NCBI GenBank assembly: GCA_030655315.1
Contig: JAURVT010000053.1
Coordinates: forward strand, 11,917-35,916
Origin: Nocardioidaceae bacterium
GTDB lineage: Bacteria; Actinomycetota; Actinomycetes; Propionibacteriales; Nocardioidaceae
Direction: 5' to 3'
Length of the DNA: 24,000 bases
In this document: positions 22,413-24,000 of the stretch, piece after piece
Position numbering within the stretch: position 1 is the stretch's first letter
Layout: every line of letters begins with the position of its first letter
Translations under genes and position numbers: made by a program
The notes under the pieces: model-generated
What the model was told of the DNA's origin: nothing
What the model saw: the letters and a program-made list of their open reading frames with translations, nothing else
Databases searched by the model: none

Positions 22413-23460
22413 AGTCACCTCCTTTCGATTGATTGCTTGGTCGTGTACTGGCGATGCGATGGTTCGCCAGCGCGACGTACTCCGGGTTGAGTTCGATGCC
22501 CATCCAGTCGCGGCCGAGTGCTTCTGCGGCGACCGCCGTGGTGCCCGCTCCCATGAAGGGATCCAGGACGAGACCCGATTCATGGTCCGCATGACAGTGA
22601 CAGTCCGGCCGTAGTGCCAGCCGTGTCGCCGTCGCACCGAGCCGCCGAATCGGACGGGACCACGGAGTGCGACAGCGGACGCAGCGCTGTTCGGGACAGG
22701 CGGCACGCAAGATGCGTTCCACGAGAGCTGGTGGATACGTCGCGAAGTGCGCGCCTCGATATCGGCTGGTGCTGATCGTCCAGACATCGCCGGGGTTCTT
22801 GCCGAGCGGATGTCCAGCGAGCCCACGGCGATGAAGGTTCGCGAGGCCGCTGTCGCCGTCCGCGTTGGGACCGAGCCATGTCGGGCGCAGCTTGTCGGTG
22901 CCCTTCTTCGGGCCACGCCCGTCCAGCCGGGGCTTTGGACGAGAGGTATGTGGTGTGCGGATCGCGTGCAGATCGAAGAAGTAGGCGGCTCTACGGGTGA
23001 GCGAGTAGACGACCTCGTAGGTGCAGGACAGCCGGTCGGTGACACTGCTCGGGATCGGATTCGACTTGGCCCAGATGACCTTGTTCCGGACAACCCACCC
23101 GTCCTCGATAAGGGCCAAGAGCAGACGTTCGGGGGCACCCAGCAGGCTCTTCCTCGGGGCACCTTCTCGCGGGTGGGTGCTGTAGGCGTCGCCGAGGTTG
23201 AGCCAGAGGGTGCCGGTCGGCACCAGGAGTCGCTCGGCCTGGCGGGTGACTACTTGGAGGTCGGACACCCACTCGTCGACGCTCGCCTCCAGACCGATCT
23301 GATCCGTCGCGTTGTAGTCGCGCAGCCGGAAGTAGGGCGGGCTCGTGACGATTGTGTCGATGGTCGACGACGGCAGCGTGGCCATGTGCGTCGCGGCGTC
23401 TCCGGTCAGGATCTGCCCGCGTGGCAATCCGGCAGGGTGGTCGACTGCCACCGCCGTCAT
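22405..23460 (-). CDS. Orphan beta-class N4-C/N6-A DNA methyltransferase (motif IV SPPY N-terminal, AdoMet motif I C-terminal)
   Basis: Start at ATG 23460 (MTAVAVDHP...), after GGAGG plus a 6-nt spacer, with an ATGA overlap to the upstream gene. Motifs are DTIVTSPPYF (catalytic), LWLNLGD, VIWAKSNP and a C-terminal LVLDPFMGAGTTAVAA (FxGxG). A Cys/His-rich insert is present (CPEQRCVRCRTPW...PDCHCHADH). No restriction endonuclease gene is visible in the window. The track ORF is over-extended to 23664. Confidence 0.85.
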   Translation of the reverse strand: MTAVAVDHPAGLPRGQILTGDAATHMATLPSSTIDTIVTSPPYFRLRDYNATDQIGLEASVDEWVSDLQVVTRQAERLLVPTGTLWLNLGDAYSTHPREGAPRKSLLGAPERLLLALIEDGWVVRNKVIWAKSNPIPSSVTDRLSCTYEVVYSLTRRAAYFFDLHAIRTPHTSRPKPRLDGRGPKKGTDKLRPTWLGPNADGDSGLANLHRRGLAGHPLGKNPGDVWTISTSRYRGAHFATYPPALVERILRAACPEQRCVRCRTPWSRPIRRLGATATRLALRPDCHCHADHESGLVLDPFMGAGTTAVAAEALGRDWMGIELNPEYVALANHRIASTRPSNQSKGGDYA

Positions 23461-24000
23461 GATGAGCCTCCGCTGAGGACGCTTGCCACTGTGTGGGGAA
23501 CGGCGAAGCGATAGAGCTCGGGGGTGAGGCGTGGAGTCTTGGCGACAGCTTCGCGGAGTCGACGAGCCCGCGATGGGTCGCTGAACACCCAGAGCACCAA
23601 CGGGAAGCTTCCGTGCGCCTGCTGCTCCTGCCCACTGGCCAGGTAGGTCTCGTAGTGACCGCACTTCCTAAGCAGGGTCGGCAGGCTCTCGGTGCCGAGG
23701 TCCACCTCGATGAACCATCGGTCCTCGTAGTCAGCGGTCGCGATGGTGGCGGCCAGATCAGGCTGAAGCCACTTGGGCTCGCCGCCTGGCCCGGTGTAGC
23801 GGCGCCAGCAGTCGGGTTCGACTTCAACGCGGATGTCCTCGATGGTCTCGATCGCGCGGTGACGACTGAGCAATACGTGGACATCCCCGACAGCCAGGCA
23901 GTGACGCAGGAATCGCAGGCTGGGCTCGCTCGTGCGGTAGGTCGCGCCGTCGCTTTGAACGAGTCGAGCACCGCCGGGAGCGAGCTGCCAGATGCGAGCA
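23457..24000 (-). CDS. Replication-relaxation (Replic_Relax) family protein, N-terminus beyond window end
   Basis: The track lists 23457..23873 from a TTG. Hand translation shows the same frame stays open to position 24000 (...ARIWQLAPGGARLVQSDGATYRTSEPSLRFLRHCLAVGDVHVLLSRHRAIE...). ...FLRHCLAVGDVHV... and ...WFIEVDLGTESLPTLLRKCGHYETY... resemble the family found on actinobacterial plasmids and ICEs. Recognition is from memory. Confidence 0.6.
   Translation of the reverse strand, partial: ARIWQLAPGGARLVQSDGATYRTSEPSLRFLRHCLAVGDVHVLLSRHRAIETIEDIRVEVEPDCWRRYTGPGGEPKWLQPDLAATIATADYEDRWFIEVDLGTESLPTLLRKCGHYETYLASGQEQQAHGSFPLVLWVFSDPSRARRLREAVAKTPRLTPELYRFAVPHTVASVLSGGSS

Larger units (their letters stand above)
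18382..24000. mobile_element. tRNA-proximal part of an integrated mobile element (ICE/AICE- or integrated-plasmid-like); far end beyond window
   Basis: Abrupt compositional change after the tRNA: sampled lines are about 50-62% GC against about 70% upstream, and the intergenic regions are AT-rich. All genes are on the minus strand. The gene content is typical of such elements: large serine recombinase, ImmA/XRE switch, RHH, ArdA, orphan DNA methyltransferase and a replication-relaxation protein. The exact left junction is unresolved, lying somewhere between 18382 and about 18600. Confidence 0.75.

Noticed and set aside
22991-23971. A 326-aa minus-strand ORF spanning the methyltransferase/replication-relaxation junction.
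   Set aside because: It is out of frame with two genes that have clear motifs, and its product is Ser/Pro/Arg/Ala-rich with no motif.
1-24000. Search for CRISPR arrays, rRNA genes, IS elements with terminal inverted repeats, and toxin-antitoxin pairs.
   Set aside because: No regularly spaced direct repeats, no rRNA-like sequence, no transposase ORF and no flanking TIRs were seen. The RHH gene has no adjacent small toxin-like ORF, so a TA call is not supported.

Overview
High-GC actinobacterial chromosome (roughly 70% GC or more by hand count of sample lines; genus not determinable), in three parts. (1) 1-10.6 kb is a conserved housekeeping block. It holds an ABC1/UbiB-type kinase (truncated at the window edge), an E1/ThiF-like protein, a YgjP/M48-like HEXXH hydrolase, a NUDIX hydrolase, a DUF2342-type metalloprotease-like protein, MoaE, a small membrane protein, a PDZ/Lon-like S16 protease, a PPA1309-like protein and the ~1000-aa UPF0182 membrane protein. 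From memory this matches the M. tuberculosis Rv3193c-Rv3197 neighbourhood. (2) 10.7-18.2 kb is a tightly coupled 8-gene plus-strand operon containing all eight families of the functionally unassigned E. coli yhfZ-yhfY-yhfX-yhfW-php-yhfU-yhfT-yhfS locus, in a different order. It is preceded by a sigma-A-like promoter whose spacer is a perfect palindrome. (3) An initiator tRNA-Met lies at 18305-18381. Beyond it GC falls to about 50-62% on sampled lines and every gene is on the minus strand. These encode a replication-relaxation protein (cut by the window end), an orphan SPPY DNA methyltransferase, ArdA anti-restriction protein, an RHH protein, an XRE repressor, an ImmA/IrrE protease and a large serine recombinase. 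The recombinase reading frame runs through the tRNA terminator and ends antisense inside the tRNA. This is the tRNA-proximal end of an integrated conjugative or mobilisable element. The two items most worth follow-up are the orphan yhf-like operon and the tRNA-flanking serine-recombinase element with an ICEBs1-style immR-immA-int switch. Many long ORFs in the six-frame track are antisense or out-of-frame shadow ORFs typical of high-GC DNA and were rejected. No CRISPR array, rRNA or IS element was seen.
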